From positions 53,027-117,026 of the forward strand of contig JAUCBJ010007194.1 of NCBI GenBank assembly GCA_032718475.1: a stretch of 64,000 nucleotides of DNA. Direction: 5' to 3'. The stretch comes from Nemertoderma westbladi (taxonomy: Eukaryota; Animalia; Xenacoelomorpha). The notes beneath the pieces were generated by a model. That model did not search any database. It was not told the DNA's origin and saw nothing but the letters and a program-made list of their open reading frames with translations. A program made the position numbers and the translations under genes. Shown here one piece after another: positions 32,401 through 43,384 of this stretch (within the stretch, counting starts at the first letter, position 1; every line of letters begins with the position of its first letter).

Positions 32401-35400
32401 GCTATTCAACGATTCACCTTGGTACATAGCTGCCGCATCATTCACTACCCGTATCTTTCCGCCCTTCCGGGCCTCTACTACATAGTGGGTCGGAAGATAG
32501 TAAGTCCGTTTTGTCCCCATCAGTTCGTCTGGGGGAACCATCTCCGCTAATCCATCTTCCAGATATCCCTTGATTACATTGTTATATTTTTCTTTGATCT
32601 CGGGTAGCTTGTGCAACCTGCGTAAGATCCCCTTTAGCCTCCTCAGGTCCATACTAGTATTGTTAGCCATCGGTCTGTCCGGATCCTTCCATAACATTGG
32701 TGAGCACCAATGCCCGTCCTTAAACACTGCTTGATCTAGGACGTCCACACAGTATTGGTCCTCCTCCGATGGGTTTTCATCCTTTTCGGCAAATTCTTGG
32801 GTTTCCAGGTTGAAGTATTTCGTCATCTCTTGTTGTGACGTTTCCGTTTCCAGGAATAGATCCTCATCCATATCGGTCGCTGAACAGTAACCCACGGATG
32901 TTGTATTCCCTTCAATCTGACACTTGGGAGGTATGTATAGGTGTTGGTGGTTTCTTCTTTAATCCCGCAGAGTGTCCATCCCATAATGGTGTGCTCTGCG
33001 TAGAAACCATCATCCGGCTTTACGGAACGGGCGATATCTCCAGTTGGTATATGCAATTCTGGGGTATCGAGTACAATAAGTAACGTAATTCTGTTAACGT
33101 TCAATGGTGGGCATCTTAGATCCACGTCCTCTCAATCTAGTTGTATAAGGGGTGCGTATTCGGAGGATTGTCGGAATCGCACTCTGAGATCGGTATGCAC
33201 CAGGGCGTTTTTAATAGTTAGTTTTACCCTTTCATAACCTGCCATAACCCCTTCTACACTGAGTTGCACCTCTCCGGACTCCACTTCCTTATTGTCCGTT
33301 ATAGTTTGTATAGGTCGCTTGCAGGGCTCGTATTCTAGACCCAGCTGTCCCAGAAAGTCCCCGTCGATTATAGTCCCGTCCGACCCATTATCCAGGAACG
33401 CAAGTGTGGTCAAGGATTTCCCGATGCCTTGGATCCTCACTGGTATTACCTTGGCAAAAACCATATACCGTCGGTTGATCAGGTTGACCGTAGCCGATAT
33501 GCTGGTCACGTGTGCTACGTCTGCGGTGGTCTTGAACGGGTTTGTTTCTTTCCGTTGGATCATCCGAGGGCCTTTTGAGACGTGGTTGGTTTCCCCTCTC
33601 CGCTTGGATTCGATACGGAATGGTAATGTAGTGAAGTCGAAGTTTGCGGGAATGTGGAGGAGCGTGTGATGTCGTAGATCATTACAAACCGCACAACATG
33701 ACCTCTGTTCGCAATCCCTCACATAGTGGCCTGTGCCAAGACACTGGAAGCATCCTCGGTGTTTCATGATTGCTTCAAAGCGCTGGACAAGTTCTGCGAA
33801 CTGGAACTTTCTGCAGAATTCTACTTTGTGCTTCTCTCCACAGAAGAGACATAGAAGGGAGGTTGTTGTGCCTTCCCTCTCGGGCGCCCAATTTGCCAGA
33901 TAGCACGCCCATTCTTCTGCTGATGTCGGTTCCTCATAATCCTCGTCGTCCGAATCCTCAGCCATGGTGATGGCCATCGTACTTACCGGAGGAGGGCGGA
34001 ATCTCGATTTTGGAGTGGGTGCCCTGCTCTCTATCCCATCCAACTTGGAGAGACTTTGCTTAGAGAACATGGAGTCGTTCATGGCCTCGGAGATATTATC
34101 TAGGAATGCCGACATTTCAAGAAAACTAGGATACCGATCCGGGTGTCTTCGCCTGAGATCTACACATTTATATGCCCATTTACTTTGTAGCCATCCGGGA
34201 AATTTCCGGGCAATTTGTCTAAGGTTTAATAAATTATTTATTTGTTCTTCTTTGTTTAATGGTTTCAAAGTATAATAAGCATCCTTCATTGAGTCCGAAA
34301 ACTCTTGTATATTCTGTGGGTCTTCTAGGGATCCAGCATTGTGTATCAGTTTCTCAAGTGTCTTGTTAATTATGGTTCCAACGTTGCCATATCTTTTATC
34401 GAGCGTTTTCCACGCATCGTGATTCGCTTCGTGAGATCCTCCTTCGAAACATGTAACAATGCGGCGTGGTTTGTCACCCAGATACTGAGACAAATATACC
34501 AATTTTTGTGCATCGGTGATGTCCGTCGATCCGATTTGAGCAAAGAACCGTTTTTTAAACCCGAGGTAGTCGACGGGGTCGCCCTCGAAGGTACGAATTT
34601 CCATCTTAGGCATAGCCAGACGGTTCTCCAAGGCTCGTATGATACCGACGTCGTCTGAACTGGAATGACTAGGAGGTCCGTAATTACTAACGCTTTCTCC
34701 CATACATGATGGATCGATAAGAGGGGTGGTTTTAATAATGACGCGGTTACGGATTTTAGGAGTAGACGTAAATAGATTAGTGGATAGAGGGGTGGCGTCA
34801 CGTTCCGAGTCGTTTTCAGGCTCATACTTGTTTGTAGAAGCTCACCGTAGGATTGAAAGGGAAATAAGGTTCCTCGTTCTTAAGAGTAACCGGTGGGGGG
34901 TGGAAAACCGGTGTTTGAGCCGAGAGTGTGGACCGTATAACCGACGGAAGCTTGGCTTTCGGAGGTTTTACTGCCAGTGGTGTAAACGACTTCTCTAATT
35001 CTGGAACCGGGATTGGTTCATAGTCCTGTTCTATACACTTCTCCCAGTACTCGTATAGTTGAAGGTCTCGTTCTATGCGTGCGGCTTCATAGTCTGCGAG
35101 TTTAGCAATATCCGCATTCTTCTTGTGAATTCTTCTTCTTCTTGTTGGGCCTCGGCATTCCGTTTACGCATTTTGGCCTCTTGTTTACGTATTTCGGCCT
35201 GTTGTTCAACCTCCTGTTTCCGTATTTCTGCCTGTTGTTCGGCCTCTTGTTTATGTCTTTTGGCCTCTTGTTTCCGTATTTCGGCCTGTTGTTCGGCCTT
35301 GCAGATCGAACAGGATGTACTAGCAGAAGAAAGCAACCATTTACGCATTTCGGCCTCTTGTTTACGTCTTACGACCTGTATTTCAGCCTCTTGTTTATGT

Positions 35401-36065
35401 CTTTCGGCCTGTATTTCGGCCTCTTGTTTATGTCTTTCTTCTGCTAGTACGTCCCGTTCGATCTGCAATTGAACATATTCATCTTCCATCTGGGCTTTAA
35501 GGGCCAGTGCCCTCTGTTCTCGTAACTGATCTCTAAGGGGTTGACCCCCTTGGGAACTACGCGCTGATCCGGATACCTCGCTCCTGGCGCTGGAGTGCTG
35601 GTGCCTCGAGGACCCAGTCCTTTTTCTCAGAACCAATGTCCTGGTACCGGAGGTCCGCACTGATTCCATGTCTGCCTTTTCAGTCCTTTTGTAATATTGT
35701 TCCTCATAACCTCTCACGAGGCTAAGGGTCCTCCGATGTTGTTAACGGAACTCTTCCAAGTGTGTGGAATGTTCCTCCATTCTGGGGTAGTTCTCCAGAG
35801 TGGTTGCGGGAATGAGCTCTTGGTATGCTTGTAACATTTGTTCGTATCGTTGGAGGATATTCCTGATCTTTTGTAACTGAGTTTGTATATCGCTGAGGGG
35901 GGTCTCGACTCCCCTTAGTTGTTTCTCGATGCGGTTATAGGCCCGAGAGACCCCGCCCTTGAGAGCGCCCAATCGACGTGCCATGTTTCTTACATTTGGG
36001 ACCTCATCGGTGTCTGAGTCTGTATGAGGCTCTACTCCTTCGGTATCGTAGGCGTTGTCCCCCAT
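29402..36065 (-). pseudogene. Bel/Pao gag-pol of D, broken by frameshifts and stops
   Basis: Capsid (FEGDPVDY..QKLVYLSQYL), knuckles, PR (FLDNGSDG), RT (CDIKAMFHQV, FYVDDG), RH (LHTFSD..TIPRLEL), IN (HEENHH..CFPC, SDNGTNFVG, WEKLI) and C-terminal HWPVARVVE. Confidence 0.95.
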
Positions 36066-36256
36066 TACTCTAGTGCTGCATTTATCGCCAAGTATGTGAT
36101 GTAATAAAATAGTTCGTCATACGTTTCGTATTCAGCTTGAACTACCCGGAAGGTAATTCTAAATCGTCCCACGTTGGTACCCTGTACCTCAACTTCGATG
36201 TGCCAGATTCCGGGTTCAACTTGGATTATATCAATAGGCGTGATCGATACTTCCAT
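36065..36256 (-). CDS. 63-aa upstream ORF overlapping the D gag start by TAATG
   Basis: The ORF stop overlaps the next ATG (GAG TAA TG). Could also be a frameshifted gag N-terminus. Confidence 0.35.
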   Translation of the reverse strand: MEVSITPIDIIQVEPGIWHIEVEVQGTNVGRFRITFRVVQAEYETYDELFYYITYLAINAALE

Positions 36257-36461
36257 TGCCTGTTAATAACTCTCTGTCAATGATCTGCTGACTACGAGTT
36301 CTAGACAGTTTGGATTGAGTTTGTGAGTGGATTAAAACACGACTTTGTCTCAAATCAAATACCAAAGTTTCCTCGTAGTGGGTGCTGGTTAAGCATGGAG
36401 ATAATTTAAAGAATACTTGTCTGTTGAATTCCCAACTTCCACCAGTTGAAGTTGACCGCGT

Positions 36462-36473
36462 ATTATTCTCAAT
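36462..36473 (-). promoter_or_regulatory. Non-tRNA PBS-position sequence of D, complementary to its own LTR
   Basis: Sense ATTGAGAATAAT lies 2 nt after the 5' LTR and is the reverse complement of the sense LTR 12-mer at 12403-12414. Confidence 0.65.
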
Positions 36474-36475
36474 TT

Positions 36476-37256
36476 TGTTGCTGTTATTCCCGACACCAGG
36501 CGGGAAAACGCCGATGCTGGAGGCGGAATTTTCAGACCACTTTATCCCAGCCAGTCACCGGATATTGGGAGTGGAGAAGGATGTTATCTGAGATGCAAGA
36601 TTGCAGGTAGATAAAAAGTTTCATTGGTTGGATATAATCTTTAATGTAACTTGAACCCTGATTGAATCTTGTTCAATACTTGTTCGTACTAACACCAGTT
36701 GTGGAACCCACGCCAGGAAGTCAGTCCTCGTCGAACCCTTCCTTTCCGTCCGGTCAGTCGATCCTTCGCAAGTCCCCAATGCGAAGACTCCGCCCGAGTA
36801 CCTTTCAGGCTCAGTCGTAGCCAACGCACCGGGAACCGCTTAGGATCTGTCAGTTCCCGTCACAAATCCCCGGCGCAACCAGCTAAGCTTTCCAAATCCT
36901 TTTCAGGCTCGTAATCGCCGCTGGTGGCCAGGAACCGCTAAGGGCAGTCCTTGTCCCCAGGCCTAGCGGGTTACCAACTACCGAAGTAGACGGAGGTTGT
37001 CTAGGCCTAAATAACTATCAGGCAACCCTGATAGCTGAGATTGCTTGATTTTGCCTCCCACCCCTGGCCCTTAAATATCTGATATGATACCCGTGCCCCT
37101 TAAGTCACCCCAATTATCGCCCATAAATCGCCCCCAGTCTATCAAATATGCCCGAATTTTATGTTCCCGCACCCACTACTGATATTGGCATATTCTTAAA
37201 AAATAAATCTACAAAATATTTAACTCGCGTTATGATAAAGTGAAATACCGCGAACA
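36476..37256 (-). repeat. 5' LTR of D (781 bp; internal ~535-bp segment missing relative to the 3' LTR)
   Basis: TGTTCGCGG...GCAACA on the minus strand. TATA-like TATTTAA at ~37071-37077. Confidence 0.88.
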
Positions 37257-40200
37257 AATATATCTGTTGTTTTCACCTACAGGTAGTTCCATACCTACGT
37301 TATGTTTATTCATTTCTATGTTTACTAATTGTACTGCTGTGATTATTCATTAATAATTAATATTACGAGATTTAGACTGAATTCTCACCGTTTAAAAATC
37401 TTCTAAAAATCTTCATCTGAAAAATTTAAGGCGTTTAATTACAATAGTATTTATGATTTCATGCAGTTAAGGGCGATATGGGTCTACTATCATTATGTAA
37501 AGTAATATCTGCGATTTTTGAGGTATTTTATTAATACGGAAAATGTTTGTTAATGTTTATCTATCAAGAATTTAAGACATAATCAATCATAACATAATCA
37601 ATCATATAAGACATAATCAATCAAGACATAATTTTGGGTTTTACAATGTTAATGATTTTTGGTGTATTTGTTTATTTATGCATTTATTTACCGTATGTTA
37701 TGTGTGTAATTAATTTGTGTATATTAATATTATTACTTTATTTCAATCAACTAACTACTACTATTATTAATTGAAAAATAAGGTGAAAAGGGGAAAAAAC
37801 GGTTGAATAACAATAAATATATATATACTCTTTTGATTTATAAATTATATTTTTAATAAATTGGTAATATATTTCCGAATGTTTACTAAGGTAACAAAAT
37901 GAAAAATCAAGATATATATTATAGGTATGAATTATTAAATTATTCAAATTACCTTAATTAAAAGTATATAAATACACGATCGTGGGGTCTTCGCGCAGCA
38001 CGATGTTCAGTTATGAGATACTGATTACTGATACTGATTAATATTGAGCGATTCAACTTTATCACAAACCCGATATTTAAGAAATTTAACCAAACACCAG
38101 TAAATCAAAGAGAGGGGAATTAACCAACAAAGAGATAAATAAACTCATATTATTGGTAATATGTTAAACTCATAAAGTAATATATTAAATATTTTAGGTG
38201 TGGAGGCGACACAATTTGTAAGAAATATTAAAACTTACTTTATGCCGATAGTATTGATACTGAAATATTAATTTATCAAGTCAACGCCTCAACGAAATTA
38301 TTTAGCTAATTATTCTAAAGAATCATGAATAAATACTCAGCCAATCATTTTGTTATAATAATCATATAATCATAAGCAATAAGGTTCTCTTATTAGTCTG
38401 GGTCATTACATTGCTGCCAAATGAGTAGTGGTGAGCTTGTGGTTGGACTGGTTCCCAGTAGGCAATAGCAGGAATGCCTTGGAATAATGGGAGATAGTGT
38501 AGAATGACGGCTGACGGGATATTTTAATAACTTAATTACGTTTAGATCAATTAAAAACACATTTCTTTTCTAAAAACAAATCAGTTGAACTAATTAAAAA
38601 CTATAATGGAATGGGGTATGGGCATTACAGCTGTATAATTTTTAAGTATAATTATTTATACCTTATACTATAAAATAATTAATTTACATTTAAAGTCAGG
38701 TTGAATATGCTGTTTTTACCCTAGCCAACTTAATTAATTTTAATTTAATTCGACTGCAATCATCCCAGGCATGGAAATCGATAAACTTGCTTTCTGGGCG
38801 TAAAAGCCAACCAACCACCAAGGTTACATAGGGCTGAATCACCAGCCGATTGCCTCAATGGTTGGAAGGCCCACTTTGAAAAGCTCCTCAATAATGACAG
38901 GGTATTGCCCGATAACTTTATAGAAGTAAAAGTGTTCTAGTCTGTACTCCCAGATATTCCCATTGGCGATATCTCCTTTGCAGAAGTGAAGGCTGCAGCA
39001 AAGAGCATTAAGACCAATCGTGCCAGTGGAATAGACGGTGTTCCCCCTGAGGTCTTTAAAATACCTGAGTGTTTAAAGCTCATCTATCCCATCATAATAG
39101 ACATGTACAGAACAACAAGAGTCCCACAAGAAATGAAAACAAATAAGTTGATGCCAGTTAGCCAGTTCACAAGAAGGGTAACCTAACACTCTCTGATTCT
39201 TTTCGGGGAATCTCATTGATCTCGATTGCTGCAAAGCTATACAATAAAATTCTGTTAAATCACATGAGGGATCCCATTGAGAGGCTGCTCCGTGGAAATC
39301 AGAATGGGTTCCGTAAAGCATGTGGGATCACGGAACCCATTTTGGCACTTAGAAGGATAATTGAAGAGTTATTATCAAAAAAGAAATACAGGCATCTGAC
39401 TGTTGTCTTTGTTGACTTCTTCAAGGCCTTTGATTCAGTCTCTCGCTCACGTATGTTCAGCATACTTTAATTATATGGGATTCCTGACGAAATTATAGCA
39501 GCATCATATCAGATCAGTATGCGATGGTTCGACAACATTTGTGTCTATTGTTGACGGTGACACAGAACCATTTGAAGTGTTATGGGGTGTCCTCAATGGA
39601 GACACACTTGTACCATGCTTGTTCATAATTGTGGTTGACTATGTTCTACGCATGTCCTTAGCATGATCATCATAATGATGATGGGGTGACGATAACTCCA
39701 TCTACTGGCTCCAGACGTCGAGGAAATCCTGCCAAGTACCAAACTGATCTAGACTTTGTTGATAACTTCGGAGTACTCTCAGAATCACTAGAGAGAGCCC
39801 AACGGCTCCTCAGCTCATTAGAACATTATTGGATAACGCGAAAGCGATATCCATAAATGAAAACATTTATTGATGTGAAATCAACAAGGTACAATATATT
39901 GATGTAATAATAGGTAAAGATATGTTACTCACAATAAGTACAACAGATATAGGAGTGCGGAATGTATAATGTGTAAATCAGCTGTAAGTACATAGAGTGG
40001 ATTAGTGAACTGTACTAACCAAACACATTAACTGGCAATATAAGTACTAAAGATATAATTGGCAATATAAGGTCTAATATCATATTATTCTCTACACCGC
40101 CCCCTTGCTTTGTATAAAAAGCAACACACATACTGTACTACCATAAATAATAGAAATGGGGCAATGGGCCACGGTTGCTTCTGACAATGTGGGTAACAAT

Positions 40201-40343
40201 AAAAAACAATAACGATGTAAATAGTAAATAATACAGAACATAGCAATACGCGATATGTATTTTGTATTATAATATCGCTCATAAATATGCAACCACCACC
40301 ATTGCAATGCTGTTTATAATTAATTGAGTTTATAATAAATTAA

Positions 40344-43199
40344 TCATACAAATCTAACACCGTATAAGAGTAAATTTAATTGAACAACATCAAGCAACTC
40401 TGGCTCCGTTTTAGATTGTTTGTCCCTGAAACGCTTAATCAACATCAATTCCTGACCTATTATTTGTAATTGATTGTATGTTGAAAAATGTTGTGTTACA
40501 AATGTACGTGTACTTCCTCCATCAAATAATGAGTTTGTATTCGCGGCTTTATTATTGCCCAGTTTACACCTTATAACAGCTGTTTGAAGTAGAATAGGCT
40601 GGGATAGTTTGCTATGTACTTCTTGAGAAGTAGTAAACAAAATGTTGCTAGTGCTTGTTGCTATGTTATCGCTTTGAGTAATGGGTGCATTACTTTCATG
40701 AAATGCTACATTAACTTGAGATACTGATTTCGGTGTTGTGCAAATTGCAGTGTGGTGGCCAAACTTTTTACATGTGAAACAAGGTTTACTGCGCGAGCAG
40801 TTTTGTGAAATATGGTCTTTGCCCAAACAGATAAAGCACCTTCTTAGTGCAATAAGCTGTTTTTTTCGCTCGGCCACCTCTGGTACCATATGACATGATG
40901 AGGAATAATGTGATTCTTGACAGAATATACACTTTGGGGTGTGCGATGATGTCAACGGTGTTTGTGGCCTTGTCTTTGTAATGCTGTAATGATGTGATGT
41001 AGGTTTACTAGTGTTTACAAATGTTGCTGCTGATGGTGTAATATTGAGTTTTGGTTTATTGTTTGCTAATGTAGGTGTGCGGTTTTGTTCGTGAAGTTCT
41101 TGTATAATTTCCTCAGTGTCCAATTGTCCTTTTATTGCAGTCATGAGAACCGATAGGTCGTCTATTTCATTGTTGTGGTCGCGCAATAGTCGTTCAGTGA
41201 GTTGGCGAGGCAGTGACCGTAGTATATCTGGTATAACAATGCGTTGGTATTCCTCAGTACCTACACCTAGTGTTTTTAAAGCTCGAATGTTCTGCATACA
41301 AATGTTATATATTTGTCTAAGTGATGATGATGACCCTAATCGAGAAGTAATTGACCGCAGTTCTTCAATATGACTTCTAATAATTTTATTTTTATTTCCG
41401 AATTGTTGTTTCAAAATATCAAGAGCTATTTCGTAATTTTCACCAGCTACGGGAAGGCCTGCCACAATTTCTTTTGCTGCACCTGTCAAACTTTGGACCA
41501 AGTACTGAAATTTTAGCACATCCGGTAGGCCAGATTCATGTACAGCTGATAGGAAGGCATCGTGCCATCCGAAATATTTCAAAGGATTGCCGTCAAAGGA
41601 AGGTGGATGTAATTTTCCCAAAACAGAACGAGCAAAATGACTACTTGACTCATAAGGAACATTGTGAGATGTATTTGATCCGGCAAAAGTAGAAAATGGA
41701 CTTACTCGTACTATTGTACGTTTGCTATGTACTTCTTGAGAAGTAGTAAACAAAATGTTGCTAGTGTTTGTTGCTATGTTATCGCTTTGAGTAATGGGTG
41801 CATTACTTTCATGAAATGCTACATTAACTTGAGATACTGATTTCGGTGTTGTGCAAATTGCAGTGTGGTGGCCAAACTTTTTACATGTGAAACAAGGTTT
41901 ACTGCGCGAGCAGTTTTGTGAAATATGGTCTTTGCCCAAACAGATAAAGCACCTTCTTAGTGCAATAAGCTGTTTTTTTCGCTCTGCCACGTCTGGTACC
42001 ATATGACATGATGAGGAATAATGTGATTCTTGACAGAATATACACTTTGGGGTGTGCGATGATGTCAACGGTGTTTGTGGCCTTGTCTTTGTAATGCTGT
42101 AATGATGTGATGTAGGTTTACTAGTGTTTACAAATGTTGCTGCTGATGGTGTAATATTGAGTTTTGGTTTATTGTTTGCTAATGTAGGTGTGCGGTTTTG
42201 TTCGTGAAGTTCTTGTATAATTTCCTCAGTGTCCAATTGTCCTTTTATTGCAGTCATGAGAACCGATAGGTCGTCTATTTCATTGTTGTGGTCGCGCAAT
42301 AGTCGTTCAGTGAGTTGGCGAGGCAGTGACCGTAGTATATCTGGTATAACAATGCGTTGGTATTCCTCAGTACCTACACCTAGTGTTTTTAAAGCTCGAA
42401 TGTTCTGCATACAAATGTTATATATTTGTCTAAGTGATGATGATGACCCTAATCGAGAAGTAATTGACCGCAGTTCTTCAATATGACTTCTAATAATTTT
42501 ATTTTTATTTCCGAATTGTTGTTTCAAAATATCAAGAGCTATTTCGTAATTTTCACCAGCTACGGGAAGGCCTGCCACAATTTCTTTTGCTGCACCTGTC
42601 AAACTTTGGACCAAGTACTGAAATTTTAGCACATCCGGTAGACCAGATTCATGCACAGCTGATAGGAAGGCATCGTGCCATCCGAAATATTTCAAAGGAT
42701 TGCCGTCAAAAGAAGGTGGATGTAATTTTCCCAAAACAGAACGAGCAAAATGACTACTTGACTCATAAGGAACATTGTGAGATGTATTTGATCCGGCAAA
42801 AGTAGAAAATGGACTTACTGGGTGACGAGAGGTTGCCCCTACTTGTACATTATGTCCTACATTACCACCTACTATACCTACAGTAGGAGTAAGTGAAAGT
42901 TTCAGTTCAGAAATGGCGTTACACAGTCTAACCTCGTATTCTGCGCATGGAGCTGTATCATCTTCTACCTGATATTCGTTTGAGAGACCCCATATTTGTT
43001 CATTGAGTTCATCCAACCGTGAGTTGAACTTTTCTAACGACTTGATGCGACTATTCTTCGTTGTATCGTCGAGACTGCCAATATCACCGATTGAATTGAG
43101 GACACGTGTTGCAGCAGCTCGTACTCCTCTTCGTGATCCTACATGTTGCTTTAATTCCTGTGATAGCTGGTCTTCACCAGCAGCGTTGTTTATTGACAT
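40344..43199 (-). CDS. Bel/Pao Gag with an internal 371-aa duplication and a truncated protease (951 aa)
   Basis: LHPPSFDGNPLKY..LKFQYLVQSLTG and the triple knuckles each occur twice (period 1113 bp). LFDGGSTRTF protease motif, then a stop. Confidence 0.92.
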   Translation of the reverse strand: MSINNAAGEDQLSQELKQHVGSRRGVRAAATRVLNSIGDIGSLDDTTKNSRIKSLEKFNSRLDELNEQIWGLSNEYQVEDDTAPCAEYEVRLCNAISELKLSLTPTVGIVGGNVGHNVQVGATSRHPVSPFSTFAGSNTSHNVPYESSSHFARSVLGKLHPPSFDGNPLKYFGWHDAFLSAVHESGLPDVLKFQYLVQSLTGAAKEIVAGLPVAGENYEIALDILKQQFGNKNKIIRSHIEELRSITSRLGSSSSLRQIYNICMQNIRALKTLGVGTEEYQRIVIPDILRSLPRQLTERLLRDHNNEIDDLSVLMTAIKGQLDTEEIIQELHEQNRTPTLANNKPKLNITPSAATFVNTSKPTSHHYSITKTRPQTPLTSSHTPKCIFCQESHYSSSCHMVPDVAERKKQLIALRRCFICLGKDHISQNCSRSKPCFTCKKFGHHTAICTTPKSVSQVNVAFHESNAPITQSDNIATNTSNILFTTSQEVHSKRTIVRVSPFSTFAGSNTSHNVPYESSSHFARSVLGKLHPPSFDGNPLKYFGWHDAFLSAVHESGLPDVLKFQYLVQSLTGAAKEIVAGLPVAGENYEIALDILKQQFGNKNKIIRSHIEELRSITSRLGSSSSLRQIYNICMQNIRALKTLGVGTEEYQRIVIPDILRSLPRQLTERLLRDHNNEIDDLSVLMTAIKGQLDTEEIIQELHEQNRTPTLANNKPKLNITPSAATFVNTSKPTSHHYSITKTRPQTPLTSSHTPKCIFCQESHYSSSCHMVPEVAERKKQLIALRRCFICLGKDHISQNCSRSKPCFTCKKFGHHTAICTTPKSVSQVNVAFHESNAPITQSDNIATSTSNILFTTSQEVHSKLSQPILLQTAVIRCKLGNNKAANTNSLFDGGSTRTFVTQHFSTYNQLQIIGQELMLIKRFRDKQSKTEPELLDVVQLNLLLYGVRFV

Positions 43200-43374
43200 G
43201 GTAACTTGATGACTGTGAATTTTAGTGGTGATGGAACATCACGTTGTTCCCAATGAATATAGTGACTGAGTTTAGTTGATTATAGTACCCATAAAGTTTG
43301 TACTTACAACGCAACGTAGTAAGCAAATGAATTCACAAAAAAGTCACAGTAAATTGAAGTTAAAGTATTATTTA

Positions 43375-43384
43375 TCGGGCGCCA
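43375..43384 (-). promoter_or_regulatory. Canonical PBS of E (tRNA-Lys-type)
   Basis: TGGCGCCCGA directly follows the 5' LTR and matches the start of the tRNA-Lys3 PBS TGGCGCCCGAACAGGGAC. Confidence 0.8.

Larger units (their letters stand above)
12185..37256 (-). mobile_element. Bel/Pao LTR retrotransposon D (family 2), full span, hosting element A, a foldback element and an RTE fragment
   Basis: Shared LTR sequence at 12185 and 36476. TG...CA termini. 5-bp TSD AATAT at 12180-12184 and 37257-37261. Bel/Pao gag-pol inside. Confidence 0.92.

Noticed and set aside
37262-38750. Possible host gene or exons in the AT-rich gap
   Set aside because: No credible ORF or splice structure; low complexity.
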